A stretch of DNA of 32,000 bases, taken from contig NZ_AP024987.1 of NCBI RefSeq assembly GCF_020885515.1, forward strand, positions 480,001-512,000. Reading direction: 5' to 3'. This DNA is from a cyanobacterium endosymbiont of Braarudosphaera bigelowii. Its GTDB lineage: Bacteria; Cyanobacteriota; Cyanobacteriia; Cyanobacteriales; Microcystaceae. Under the pieces are notes generated by a model. It worked only from the letters and a program-made list of their open reading frames with translations. It was not told where the DNA came from and made no database searches. The first letter of the stretch is position 1; the number at the start of each line of letters is the position of its first letter. The translations under genes were made by a program, and so were the position numbers. This document shows, one piece after another, positions 11,240-21,150 of this stretch.

Positions 11240-11680
11240 ATGCTGTCTCCAGAAAGCTCTTTACCACCTAATTTGGCCCGCATTGTTGAAAAGTTTAAGA
11301 AGCGTTCTGACCCCAAGAAAGGTTATGAACAATTATTATGGTATGCTAAAAAGCTGTCAGAAATGCCAGAACATATTAAAACAGAAACAAACCAAGTTAA
11401 AGGATGTGTCTCTAAAGTATATATCAGCGCAGATTTGAAAGATGGCAAAATATGGTATCAAGGAGATTCCGATGCTCAATTAGTGAAGGGATTAGTTGCT
11501 TTGCTAATTGAAGGCTTAAATGGACTAACTCCTCAAGAAATTTTAGACATAAATCCTGATTTTATTGAGGAAACAGGTTTAAAAGTTAGTTTAACGCCAT
11601 CTCGAGCTAATGGTTTCTATAACACCTTACAACTTATGAAGACTAAGGCATTAGCTTTTCAGTTAGGAATGTCAACTTGA
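11240..11680 (+). CDS. sufE: SufE-like cysteine desulfuration protein
   Basis: Contains QVKGCVSKVYI active-site Cys region and LSPSRANGF-like C-terminus (LTPSRANGFYNTLQLMK). Confidence 0.92.
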   Translation: MLSPESSLPPNLARIVEKFKKRSDPKKGYEQLLWYAKKLSEMPEHIKTETNQVKGCVSKVYISADLKDGKIWYQGDSDAQLVKGLVALLIEGLNGLTPQEILDINPDFIEETGLKVSLTPSRANGFYNTLQLMKTKALAFQLGMST

Positions 11681-12227
11681 TGAATTTATTCAAGGATAAT
11701 TTAAATATTAAAATCATCTTTCAATGTAAAAAATAATTAATTTACATAAGTTACTTTTGAAGAAATATCGATGATCATCATTAAAAGATTTATGACTTAA
11801 AACTTTCGCTTAAGTTATCTTAACTTATGCACGTAAGATTAAATTGTTTTTAAAGTTACTAGTCTTGTTATTGGAATGTAATTTAAGTAAAAATAGTTTG
11901 ATTATATACTCTTCATATTTTTTAATATATCTTACTTTTTGTAAAATTCTTATATAAGACTATAGTTTAGTATTATTGCAAATCCTTTAACCATCTTGTA
12001 ATTTTAAAGGTCTTTAAACTTTCAGTATAGCTATTTCCACTAGATATTTAAGAAGTACAAGATATTTTTTTGTATTCAGTCAATTATTAATTTTAATAAA
12101 ATTATTGAAATAAGAAGAATTAATTATTTAACATACATAAGTTTTGTTGATAAATAAGAATGATTTTCAAAGAAATCATTCTTATTTATCAAAATGTTTT
12201 GAAACAGATAACTAACTCTAGCTTAAT

Positions 12228-13118
12228 CTAGTAGCTGCAATTATTTACCTTACTTAACTGTATTATGATTTTATCTATTTCTTTAATTAAATTTGAGCCT
12301 GAAACATTAGAGTTGTTAACTAAAACACTAAAAACTACCATACCAAAATAAGGATGGTTTATGTAGCCAGATAATGCTCTTACATTCCTTAAAGTCCCTG
12401 TCTTCGCATAGACGAATCCTTGAGCGGGAGTACTCTTCATGCGATGACGAAGAGTACCTGTTAAACCAGCGACAGGTAAAGAAGTATAAAAATGTTTTTT
12501 AGCGGCAGTATAGTAAGTGGCTCTTAAAATAGTAACTAAAGAACGAGGTGTAGCTACATTACGGCGAGATAATCCTGAACCATCAACTTGACGAAAACTG
12601 TTAGAATCAATGCCCAGCTCCGCTAAAGTATTTTTTGCAGTTTGATGTCCACCAACATAACGAAGTAATGTATCTGCATAGTAATTATTACTCTTAAGAT
12701 TTGTAATATTAATCCAAGATTTTAAAGTTTTTGACCCGATTTTTGACTTAGGATTAAATAATTGCAATGCTGCAGCGGTAGTAAAAATCTTATTGTTAGA
12801 AGCAGGAATAAAATATTTATCTGGATTATGACTATATAGTATAGTCCCATCTTCTAATTTTTCTACTAACACTCCCCAATGCTTTCCATGAGAAAGAATG
12901 ATATTATTTAACTGTTTATGGACTAAGAGCCTACAGGACTTAGTTTCAACCGTGCTAGGTTTATTTGTATATGGTTGAACAAAATTTACGTTATGGTGGG
13001 GTAAAGACTGTTTTCGAGGAAGATTTAAATCACTAGCAAAACCGTTATTAGTCCAAGTAAAGAAAGTTATAGCTAAAATAGCTTTTTTGGAAAACAAAAA
13101 AAAATTAGGCAGTGTCAT
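12228..13118 (-). CDS. dacB: D-alanyl-D-alanine carboxypeptidase / PBP4 (DacB) family, internally shortened
   Basis: N-terminal signal-like segment; PASNNKIFTTAAAL (SxxK, aa 107-110), SNN (SxN, aa 143-145) in LKSNNYYADTLLRYVG, and YAKTGTL (KTG, aa 239-241). Family call is firm; subfamily and symbol less so. Confidence 0.85.
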   Translation of the reverse strand: MTLPNFFLFSKKAILAITFFTWTNNGFASDLNLPRKQSLPHHNVNFVQPYTNKPSTVETKSCRLLVHKQLNNIILSHGKHWGVLVEKLEDGTILYSHNPDKYFIPASNNKIFTTAAALQLFNPKSKIGSKTLKSWINITNLKSNNYYADTLLRYVGGHQTAKNTLAELGIDSNSFRQVDGSGLSRRNVATPRSLVTILRATYYTAAKKHFYTSLPVAGLTGTLRHRMKSTPAQGFVYAKTGTLRNVRALSGYINHPYFGMVVFSVLVNNSNVSGSNLIKEIDKIIIQLSKVNNCSY

Positions 13119-13381
13119 AACAATGGTTTCTTAGTTATTCATGTTAAATCTGAGACATTAGAAAAAATTCGGATTCTTCCTGTAAATTAAGAAATAACCC
13201 TATATTAGTCTCTTTTTAAATTTTGATATAGGTTAAACAAATATTTTAAAAATATAATACTCTTCTGAAAGAGAAATGTTTAATTTTCTATTTAATATCT
13301 AAATGATAAAAAATCTTTAGTAGGAAAAATGTAATTAATGAAATATTATTGAACTAGCAACTATATAATAGTTTATTAATT

Positions 13382-14026
13382 ATGATGGTATCAGATTCTT
13401 GTACTCGTGGGTTAGGGTTACATACTACCAGCACTCAGTTAGGACTTAGTTTAAGCAGACAAGACCGAAAAAAAAATACTAAAGTTTGGAATGTTAATCG
13501 CCAATTATCAAGTCGTTTTCATAAAATTTTACAAGAATTTATTCAACCTCAGGGATGGAAAGATATTAATTTTGTTGCTGTAGCAAAAGGTCCGGGAAGT
13601 TTTACTGGTACCAGAATTGGCATGACTGCCGCTCGTACAATAGCTCAGCAACTCGAGATTCCCTTATTCAGTATTTCTACTCTAGCAGCATTTGCTTGGT
13701 TCCATAAGAATGACAAGCTATTCAAAGACTTCATAGCTATACAAATGAAAGCTTCAAGAGGACAAATTTATGGAGCAGTCTATGAAAAAAAATCTAAAGG
13801 AAATGGCTTAATTACAGTTATTGATGATACTGTAATGGAATTGGACAAATGGAAAAAAGTTTTAGAAGATATGAACTTATTTTGTGAGCCTCTAATTGTT
13901 ACATCAGAGATAGGAGTTACAGCTTGTAGCATTTTGGAATTAGCAGAATTTGATTGGGAACAAGGGAAGCGTCCTCATTTTTCAGAAAGCAAACCATTTT
14001 ATGGATATTCAAGTATTACTAAATAG
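13382..14026 (+). CDS. tsaB: tRNA N6-adenosine threonylcarbamoyltransferase complex subunit TsaB (YeaZ)
   Basis: LGLHTTSTQLGLSL near the N-terminus, VAKGPGSFTGTRIGMTAARTIAQQL motif. Confidence 0.9.
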   Translation: MMVSDSCTRGLGLHTTSTQLGLSLSRQDRKKNTKVWNVNRQLSSRFHKILQEFIQPQGWKDINFVAVAKGPGSFTGTRIGMTAARTIAQQLEIPLFSISTLAAFAWFHKNDKLFKDFIAIQMKASRGQIYGAVYEKKSKGNGLITVIDDTVMELDKWKKVLEDMNLFCEPLIVTSEIGVTACSILELAEFDWEQGKRPHFSESKPFYGYSSITK

Positions 14027-14171
14027 CTAAGGTTCATAAAATAAAAAATTCAGACAAAAATAAATACTTAGTATCATTAAGAATAATAAAAAAGATTATA
14101 GATACTGAAGTTTGTAACAATATTAAATTTTATAATTATGCCCCAATTTTCTAAAACATAAAACTAAACAT

Positions 14172-15182
14172 TTGGTTCATGATACCTTCTATTTTATGGA
14201 TAAGAACAACCTTTTACGCTTTATTCCTCCCTGTTTCAGTCTAGTAGTATTTGCCTTGTCTATATGGACTATACAGAATAATTTTCAACATTACCAAGCC
14301 GCAAATGTCTGGGATAGTCTATCTAAGATTCCTTCATCCTCTATTTTTTGGGCAATTGTTTGCATGAGTGTTAATTATCTTGTGATGACAGGGTATGAAT
14401 GCCTTGCCCTCTCTTATGTCCGTCGGACATTACCATATCGAAAAAAAATCTTGGTTGGCATTATTTGTTCCGGAATTAGTAATAGTATAGGATTTGCTGT
14501 TCTAAGTAGTTGTATGATCCGTTATAGATTTTACTCTACTTGGGGATTTTCCATGATTACAATTGCACAAATTTCAGCCTTTTGTAATCTATCATTTTGT
14601 TTAGGATTATTTAGTATTGGTAGTATTCTCTTTCTAAAAGAATCTTTGGCAATTCCTCGTTTGTTGGACATTCCTTTTCTCTCAGTTCGTCCTTTGGGAA
14701 TAATTTTTTTAATTATAATTCTCGTTTATTTATTTTTTACGGTAGTTCGTCAAAAGCCTTTATTTATAGGGAAATGGGTTATTCCTCATCTTTCTCCTCA
14801 ACTAGCAATTGGTCAACTCGTTATCTCTAGTCTAGATTGGGCTCTTGCTGCAATGGTTTTTTATATTCTTTTACAAACTTCGATATCTTTATCTTATCCT
14901 GCTTTTTTTGGAATCTATATCCTGGCTCAAGTAGCAGGATTAGCTAGTAATGTTCCAGGAGGACTAGGTGTTTTTGAAACAGTAATGATCTTGTTACTTG
15001 CTCCATTTATTAAATCGGAGGAATTATTAGGTACTTTATTGATTTATCGTGGAATTTATTATTTTATTCCTTTAGGAATAGCTATTTTACTTCTAGGTAA
15101 ATATGAATTGAGCAACTTTTTTAATAACAAAAATACTAACATCTCTACTTCTGTTATTAATAAAATAAAAAGTAAGCTATAA
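14172..15182 (+). CDS. UPF0104 / MprF N-terminal (flippase-like) membrane domain protein
   Basis: Multiple hydrophobic helices with SGISNSIGFAVLSSCMIRYRFYS and LASNVPGGLGVFETVMILLLAP signatures of the LPG synthase transmembrane family; no cytosolic catalytic domain. Confidence 0.82.
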   Translation: MVHDTFYFMDKNNLLRFIPPCFSLVVFALSIWTIQNNFQHYQAANVWDSLSKIPSSSIFWAIVCMSVNYLVMTGYECLALSYVRRTLPYRKKILVGIICSGISNSIGFAVLSSCMIRYRFYSTWGFSMITIAQISAFCNLSFCLGLFSIGSILFLKESLAIPRLLDIPFLSVRPLGIIFLIIILVYLFFTVVRQKPLFIGKWVIPHLSPQLAIGQLVISSLDWALAAMVFYILLQTSISLSYPAFFGIYILAQVAGLASNVPGGLGVFETVMILLLAPFIKSEELLGTLLIYRGIYYFIPLGIAILLLGKYELSNFFNNKNTNISTSVINKIKSKL

Positions 15183-15383
15183 GCTTCTTCATTTTTTTTA
15201 AACAGTTCGAATTATTTATATATTTGAAAAGAAAATATTCATAGCCATAAATAAAGTTATTAAAATCTACGTACTATATATGACGTATTGCACCTAAATT
15301 TTCGACCTATATTTCTATTAAAAAAAGTATTATTCACATTTTATTTCTTAAATAATTCAATTAGTATATTGATTAATAAAATA

Positions 15384-16724
15384 CTACTTTAATCTTAGAC
15401 TATATATCATCATATTTTCATTAGCCTCGTTTAAAATATTTTCTATTATTTCACTTGAACCTAAAATTCTCCAGCTACAGCTTTTAGCTAAATAACTCTG
15501 GACAGCCTTGCTTATCCTATAAGTGCTATGAGCGGCAATTCCACCTTGGAGAATAGCGCTAGTTCCATAAATCTCTATAGCTGTTGGTTTATCTAGTACA
15601 TTGGTAATCATCATTATTGTTTTACTAATACTCAATACTAAACCAGTAAAAACTTCACTAAGAAGTAATTTACCGGAACTAAAAAAGATCTGAAACCATA
15701 ATTTGTCTATGTTGTGATTAGTAATTGGTAACGCATACAAATAAAATAGTTTTCTAATTAATGCTAAGTCAATTAATAATCCTATGCAAATATCTAAAAC
15801 AGCAATAGGATTAAAAGTAACTATTAAAGATTTGTACTTCACATATTTCTTAATAATATATTCAGCATCTTTTTCAAGTATTTGAATAATTTTAAGAGCA
15901 ATATTTTCTTCAGCTTGCTTTACTTGTAGTAAAACATTTAGACACAGAAGATAACGTCCTTCATTATTTACAACACCTAATATTTTATGTCTCAAACTTT
16001 TTATCTGAGGAGTTTGAATTTCTACCTCTTTTTTAACTTTTCCATCAACATTTCTAATCTTTATAGGTATAGTTTTAGGAGAGGCAGCTACTAAAACTAT
16101 GTCTTGAATATTAATTAATAGTTTTTCTTCATTCTTAAAATCTTTACTAAATTCTTGTAATTGTTTATAAATATTAAGACAAGTTTTTTCTGGATATAAA
16201 TCAATTTTATTAAACACTAAGATAATAGGTTTTAATAATTTTTTTAAGTATATCAAGGCTTTGTATTCAGTTTCAACAATATCTTCAGAAATTACAAATA
16301 ATATTAGATCCGATTCTTCTGTAACTTCTCGAAACATTGTTGAATTTTGAATTTCATTTATTTCATCTAGCCCCGGAGTATCAATAAACTCTAGCATGAC
16401 TTTTGTGTCATCAGGCATCCAACGAAAAGATTTTGGCCACTTTGTAGTTCCATTAACTGGTTCACTATTAAAAACATATTGACCAACTAATGCATTGGCA
16501 ATGGCAGACTTACCCCGACTAGCTAATCCAAAAGTAGCAATTTTAACAACATTGTTATTAACTTTTTCTAGTGCTATTTTAATTACTTGTAATTCCTTTT
16601 TAATAGCTGCTTGCAGTGCTATATTTTTAGGATAATTCGATAAACTGTTAGTATACCGAGATAAAGAGTCCTGAAGACTAGTATAGGTTTGTTGTATATA
16701 AAAATCTTGCTGATCCAAAACCAA
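15384..16724 (-). CDS. Membrane-associated Era/dynamin-like GTPase with C-terminal hydrophobic (DUF697-like) region; TTG start
   Basis: P-loop GLASRGKSAIANAL, G3 DTPGLDE, G4 NKID, then hydrophobic C-terminal third. No ATG or GTG start ahead of the P-loop; the first codon after the lpxB stop is TTG. Confidence 0.75.
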   Translation of the reverse strand: MVLDQQDFYIQQTYTSLQDSLSRYTNSLSNYPKNIALQAAIKKELQVIKIALEKVNNNVVKIATFGLASRGKSAIANALVGQYVFNSEPVNGTTKWPKSFRWMPDDTKVMLEFIDTPGLDEINEIQNSTMFREVTEESDLILFVISEDIVETEYKALIYLKKLLKPIILVFNKIDLYPEKTCLNIYKQLQEFSKDFKNEEKLLINIQDIVLVAASPKTIPIKIRNVDGKVKKEVEIQTPQIKSLRHKILGVVNNEGRYLLCLNVLLQVKQAEENIALKIIQILEKDAEYIIKKYVKYKSLIVTFNPIAVLDICIGLLIDLALIRKLFYLYALPITNHNIDKLWFQIFFSSGKLLLSEVFTGLVLSISKTIMMITNVLDKPTAIEIYGTSAILQGGIAAHSTYRISKAVQSYLAKSCSWRILGSSEIIENILNEANENMMIYSLRLK

Positions 16725-17891
16725 TTACTTTAAGGTGTTCTTATAATGTAAAATCTCGTTAGCTACACGATCACAAACTCCTGTTTCTCCTAGAAGAGAT
16801 CGCATTTCTTTATAGTTTGATAATGTTTTTTGGCGATATTCACTATTTAATAATAACTCTAAAGATTTTTTAACAATACATTCTACAGTAGCGTCTTCTT
16901 GTAGTAATTCAGGTACTATTTCTTTCATCATGATTAAATTTGGAGGTGACATGAAAGGGATAGAGAATTTAAGAATATTTCTAGCAATCCACATAGTTAG
17001 AGGGTTAACTAAACATAATACTAGCTGAGGGACATTTAAAAGAGCTAACTCTAAATTGACAGTCCCTGATTTTGCAATGGCAAAATCAGCGGCAGCCATA
17101 GCTTCCATAGCAGAACCATCTAATAATGTAATTGATAAATCATATTTTTTAACTATTTTTTCGATAGTATCATAATACTCCTTCAAAGAAACAGGTAATA
17201 AAAAGTGGAGATCTGGAACTTTTTCCTGTAATTGCTTAGCAGCTTTACAAATTAAAGGTAAGTGATATTTTAGTTCTTGATATCTAGAAGCTGGAAATAG
17301 GGCAATAACAGGTTTACCGACTTCTAATCCCAATGACTGACGTGCTAATTCCTTTGTTGGAGCTTTTTCTATTCTATCCAGTAAGGGATGACCTACCCAT
17401 TTAACATTAATATTTTTTTGTTCAAAAAACCTAGCTTCTTCTGGAAAAATTGCTAATAGGAGATCAGTTATTTCAGCAAATTGTTCAATCGTTTTATTAT
17501 TAGGAGACCAGACCCAAGACTGGGGTGCAATGTAATAAATAATCGGTACTTGAGGCAGATTTTTTCGGACATACTTACCAAGGGAAACATTAGGTCCCAT
17601 ATAATCCAGTAAAACCAAAATATCTGGAGGATTATCTTTTAAATAAGCTTTTACTCTATTTTGCATCCGCCAAGTAGGTATGATAAAAGGCAGTGCTTCT
17701 ACAATACCAATAGAACCGATAGCTGCTGTATTACCAAGCAAATTAGCACCGGCAGAAAGCATAGCATCACCTCCTAATGCCATAATTTCTATGGAGATGT
17801 CTTGAGATTTTGCTTGGCGATAAAGAGCTTCAACTAACATTGAACCCTGTAAATCACCAGAAACTTCACCTGTACTAACAAAAATTTTCAT
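16725..17891 (-). CDS. lpxB: Lipid-A-disaccharide synthase
   Basis: STGEVSGDLQGSMLVEAL, YIAPQSWVWSP, LFPASRYQELKYHLP, AKSGTVNLELAL. Confidence 0.95.
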   Translation of the reverse strand: MKIFVSTGEVSGDLQGSMLVEALYRQAKSQDISIEIMALGGDAMLSAGANLLGNTAAIGSIGIVEALPFIIPTWRMQNRVKAYLKDNPPDILVLLDYMGPNVSLGKYVRKNLPQVPIIYYIAPQSWVWSPNNKTIEQFAEITDLLLAIFPEEARFFEQKNINVKWVGHPLLDRIEKAPTKELARQSLGLEVGKPVIALFPASRYQELKYHLPLICKAAKQLQEKVPDLHFLLPVSLKEYYDTIEKIVKKYDLSITLLDGSAMEAMAAADFAIAKSGTVNLELALLNVPQLVLCLVNPLTMWIARNILKFSIPFMSPPNLIMMKEIVPELLQEDATVECIVKKSLELLLNSEYRQKTLSNYKEMRSLLGETGVCDRVANEILHYKNTLK

Positions 17892-17915
17892 TAATTACTT
17901 TAATCTCTAATTATT

Positions 17916-18713
17916 TTAATGTTTACCTGGAATTAATCCACGTCTTTTTTCTCCTGTAATTGATAATTGCAGAAATTGATGTAGATATCTAGTATATTCA
18001 TTACTATTAAAAGTTTGTAGTTGCTTTAATACTTGCTGTAAAGTCAAGCCAGAATGGTATAACAAACGAAATGCTTGTTTAAGATGACGAATATCTTCGA
18101 CAGTAAGTCCAGCACGTTTTAATCCGATTAGATTAAGGGATCTTACTCTAGAAGGGTTTCCTTCAATCATCATGAATGGAGGTGCATCACGATCAATTCT
18201 ACTCATACCTCCTAACATAGCATTACGACCAACTCTTACAAATTGATGTACTCCTAAAGCTCCGCCAACAACAGCTCTAGACTCAATATGGACATGTCCC
18301 GCAAGAGACACAGAATTAGCAATAATTATATTATCTTCTAGTAAACAATTGTGAGCAACATGCACATAAGCCATCAGTAAATTATTGTTACCAATTTTAG
18401 TAACTTCATTAGCATAAGTTGCACGATTGATTGTTACGAACTCTCGAATTGTATTTCCGTTACCAATTTCGACACGGCTAGAACAATTTTTATATTTTAA
18501 ATCTTGCGGAGCCGCCCCGATAACTGCACTAGGAAATATACGGTTATTCATTCCAATTTCTGTTGGACCTTCAATAACTGCATGAGAGCCAATAATCGTT
18601 TGTGCACCTACTTTAACCTGATCGCCAATGACAGCATAAGGTCCTACCTCAGTAGTAGGGTGTAGTTGTGCATTCTTATGAATGATAGCTGTAGGATGAA
18701 TTAGCGTATTCAA
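17916..18713 (-). CDS. lpxA: Acyl-[ACP]--UDP-N-acetylglucosamine O-acyltransferase
   Basis: Hexapeptide repeats, HPTAIIHKNAQLHPTTEVGPYAVIG, GAAPQDLKY, TIREFVTINRATY, AYVHVAHNC, GGALGVHQFVRVG. Confidence 0.96.
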   Translation of the reverse strand: MNTLIHPTAIIHKNAQLHPTTEVGPYAVIGDQVKVGAQTIIGSHAVIEGPTEIGMNNRIFPSAVIGAAPQDLKYKNCSSRVEIGNGNTIREFVTINRATYANEVTKIGNNNLLMAYVHVAHNCLLEDNIIIANSVSLAGHVHIESRAVVGGALGVHQFVRVGRNAMLGGMSRIDRDAPPFMMIEGNPSRVRSLNLIGLKRAGLTVEDIRHLKQAFRLLYHSGLTLQQVLKQLQTFNSNEYTRYLHQFLQLSITGEKRRGLIPGKH

Positions 18714-18920
18714 CAGGTTATCTCCCTTTAGATAGATTCATTATTGAATTTAGTTATAAAGTACACAATAAAAGTTTTCAAGGGAACAGGAAAAGAAGAA
18801 TTGAGGACATTATTAATGTGACGCAAAATCTTGATTTTGGATTCTAAATTAATAAGTTTTCTAGCTATAAATCAATGGAAAATACAATTATTAATCAATA
18901 AAAATTTTTAAAGATAATTT

Positions 18921-20291
18921 ATGAAATTTATTTGGAGTTTGATTACTTTTTCTTCTTTTTCTCCTGAAATGTGGTTAAAGACCAGCTATTGTTATCGTAT
19001 TGTTGGTTTATTAAGTAATTGGCAACAGTTTAGTTTTTTACTGCAATGGGCGAAAACTATTGGTGCCTTGCTAATTAGTCTTCTATTGATTTTTAGTCCT
19101 TTTGTTACGACAGGAGTCATCGGTGTATGGCTTATTTCAATTGCCATATATTGGACTATATTAATTATTTCTAATAATGAAAAGCTAGTTTTTAGCCCAA
19201 TATATTTATTAGTTTTTTTATATTGGGCTATTTCGGCGATAGCAGTTATTTTTTCTCCTGTCAGAAGTGTAGCTTTCTCAGGATTTATAAAACTAACATT
19301 ATATTTAATTTTTTTTGCCTGTACATCTCGTGTTCTATCCTCATCTCAATTAAGCAATTGGTTAATCACATCTATTTTGGGATCTGGATTACTAGTGGGC
19401 ACTTATGGAGTAAGACAAAGACTTCTTGAAGTAGAACAATTAGCAACATGGAATGACCCAGCTGCTAATTTTTCTAATTCAATTAGAGTTTATAGCTACT
19501 TAGGCAATCCTAATTTATTATCTGCATATATTTTGCCTTCAATTGCTTTAAGTATGGCTGCATTTTTTGTTTGGCAAAGAATATTACCTAAGTTATTAGC
19601 ATTAACTATCTTTACAATTAACATTTCTTGCCTTTATTTTACAGGTAGTCGTAGTGGCTGGATAGCATTAATAATTTTAATAATGATGTTTTCATTATTA
19701 CTTTTTACATGGTTTAAAGATGAACTTCCCTCATTTTGGCGTCAGTGGCTTTTACCTTTAACATTTGGAACATTCATAAGTTTGATTTTTATTCTTATCG
19801 TCTCTAATGACATTTTACAATCAAGGATTATGAGTATTTTTATTGGAAGAGCAGATAGTAGTAATAATTTTCGTATTAATGTATGGACATCAGTAGTAAA
19901 TATAATAAAAGATTATCCTTTTCTAGGTATTGGTCCAGGAAATGATGCATTTAGTAAAATATATCCACTCTATATGAGCCCTAAGTATAGTGCTTTAAGT
20001 GCATACTCTATTTTTCTAGAAACAGCAGTAGAAACAGGATTAATTGGACTAAGTATTTTTGTTTGGCTTATTTTTACAATACTTAATCAGGGAATCCAGA
20101 AAATTAGAAGATTTAAAAATAATAACAACTCTTACGGAATATGGTTAATTGGTGCAATAGCCGCAATAGTTAGTTTATTAATACAAGGACTATTTGATAC
20201 TGTGTGGTACCGTCCACAAGTAAATACTCTATGGTGGTTTTTAGTGGCTTTGATTGCTAGTCAGTATAGATTATGTAAAAAAGAGAATTGA
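18921..20291 (+). CDS. ictB: IctB family protein (O-antigen ligase-like Wzy/WaaL fold, formerly 'putative bicarbonate transporter')
   Basis: Polytopic membrane protein with TGSRSGWIAL, DYPFLGIGPGNDAFSKIYPLYM and AVETGLIGLSIFVWL, characteristic of cyanobacterial IctB. Confidence 0.9.
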   Translation: MKFIWSLITFSSFSPEMWLKTSYCYRIVGLLSNWQQFSFLLQWAKTIGALLISLLLIFSPFVTTGVIGVWLISIAIYWTILIISNNEKLVFSPIYLLVFLYWAISAIAVIFSPVRSVAFSGFIKLTLYLIFFACTSRVLSSSQLSNWLITSILGSGLLVGTYGVRQRLLEVEQLATWNDPAANFSNSIRVYSYLGNPNLLSAYILPSIALSMAAFFVWQRILPKLLALTIFTINISCLYFTGSRSGWIALIILIMMFSLLLFTWFKDELPSFWRQWLLPLTFGTFISLIFILIVSNDILQSRIMSIFIGRADSSNNFRINVWTSVVNIIKDYPFLGIGPGNDAFSKIYPLYMSPKYSALSAYSIFLETAVETGLIGLSIFVWLIFTILNQGIQKIRRFKNNNNSYGIWLIGAIAAIVSLLIQGLFDTVWYRPQVNTLWWFLVALIASQYRLCKKEN

Positions 20292-20341
20292 TATAGATAG
20301 TTGATAAAATTTAATGGAAATGGTTCTAATCTTTTCATAAA

Positions 20342-21004
20342 TTAATTTTTCACATATATCTTTTTCTGAAGTTCTACATCAACTTGCTCTAATCTTCCTT
20401 CATTAATTTTCCAACATTTGTCAGCTATTAGTAATAACTCAGAGGGATCATGAGAAACAATTACCAATGTCCAATGTCGTTTTAATTTAAATACTAAATT
20501 AATTAATTGTTTATGCATTGACCAATCTAAACCTGCTGTTGGTTCGTCTAGTAATAATAAATTAGGTTGACGAATCAGCTGAACTGCCAGAGCTAATCTT
20601 CTTTGCTGTCCACCACTAATATTATGTGGAGAGGTGCTTAGTATAATGTTTTGTAGCCCGACTTCTTCTAGGGCAGTTTCAATTTCTTCTCTAGTAATTT
20701 CCAAATGACCTAGTCTTAGTTCTTCCAGAATATTGCCACCGCAAAAATGCCGTTCAGGAAATTGAAAAACCAATCCTGATATTTGTTGTAACTCCGAAGA
20801 AGTAATTTCCTTACCACTCCACAAGATTTTTCCTTGAGTCTGCTCTGTTAGTCCTGCAAGAATCTCTAATAATGTAGTTTTCCCAGAGCCACTAGGGCCA
20901 ATAATAATTCCTAATTGCTGAAATCCCAGTTCTAGCGTAATAGACTTTAAAATGGGTTGAGGAGAAGCAGGAGGATGATATACGATATCTTTGAGGTTAA
21001 GCAT
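20342..21004 (-). CDS. ABC transporter ATP-binding protein (energy-coupling/ABCI11-like)
   Basis: Walker A GPSGSGKTTL, Q-loop VFQFPE, signature ISGGQQRR, Walker B LLLLDEP, H-loop SHD. Confidence 0.92.
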   Translation of the reverse strand: MLNLKDIVYHPPASPQPILKSITLELGFQQLGIIIGPSGSGKTTLLEILAGLTEQTQGKILWSGKEITSSELQQISGLVFQFPERHFCGGNILEELRLGHLEITREEIETALEEVGLQNIILSTSPHNISGGQQRRLALAVQLIRQPNLLLLDEPTAGLDWSMHKQLINLVFKLKRHWTLVIVSHDPSELLLIADKCWKINEGRLEQVDVELQKKIYVKN

Positions 21005-21150
21005 TAGTATACATTCTAATAACAGTCAATTATAAGAGTAATAGCTTAGAGCATTCTATGTAATTTCAAATTCATAGAAAAACAAAACTAGTTTTCAGTA
21101 TTCTCAACTAATGTTAGTATAATTACTTTAAGTTAATTAAATTAAATTTC

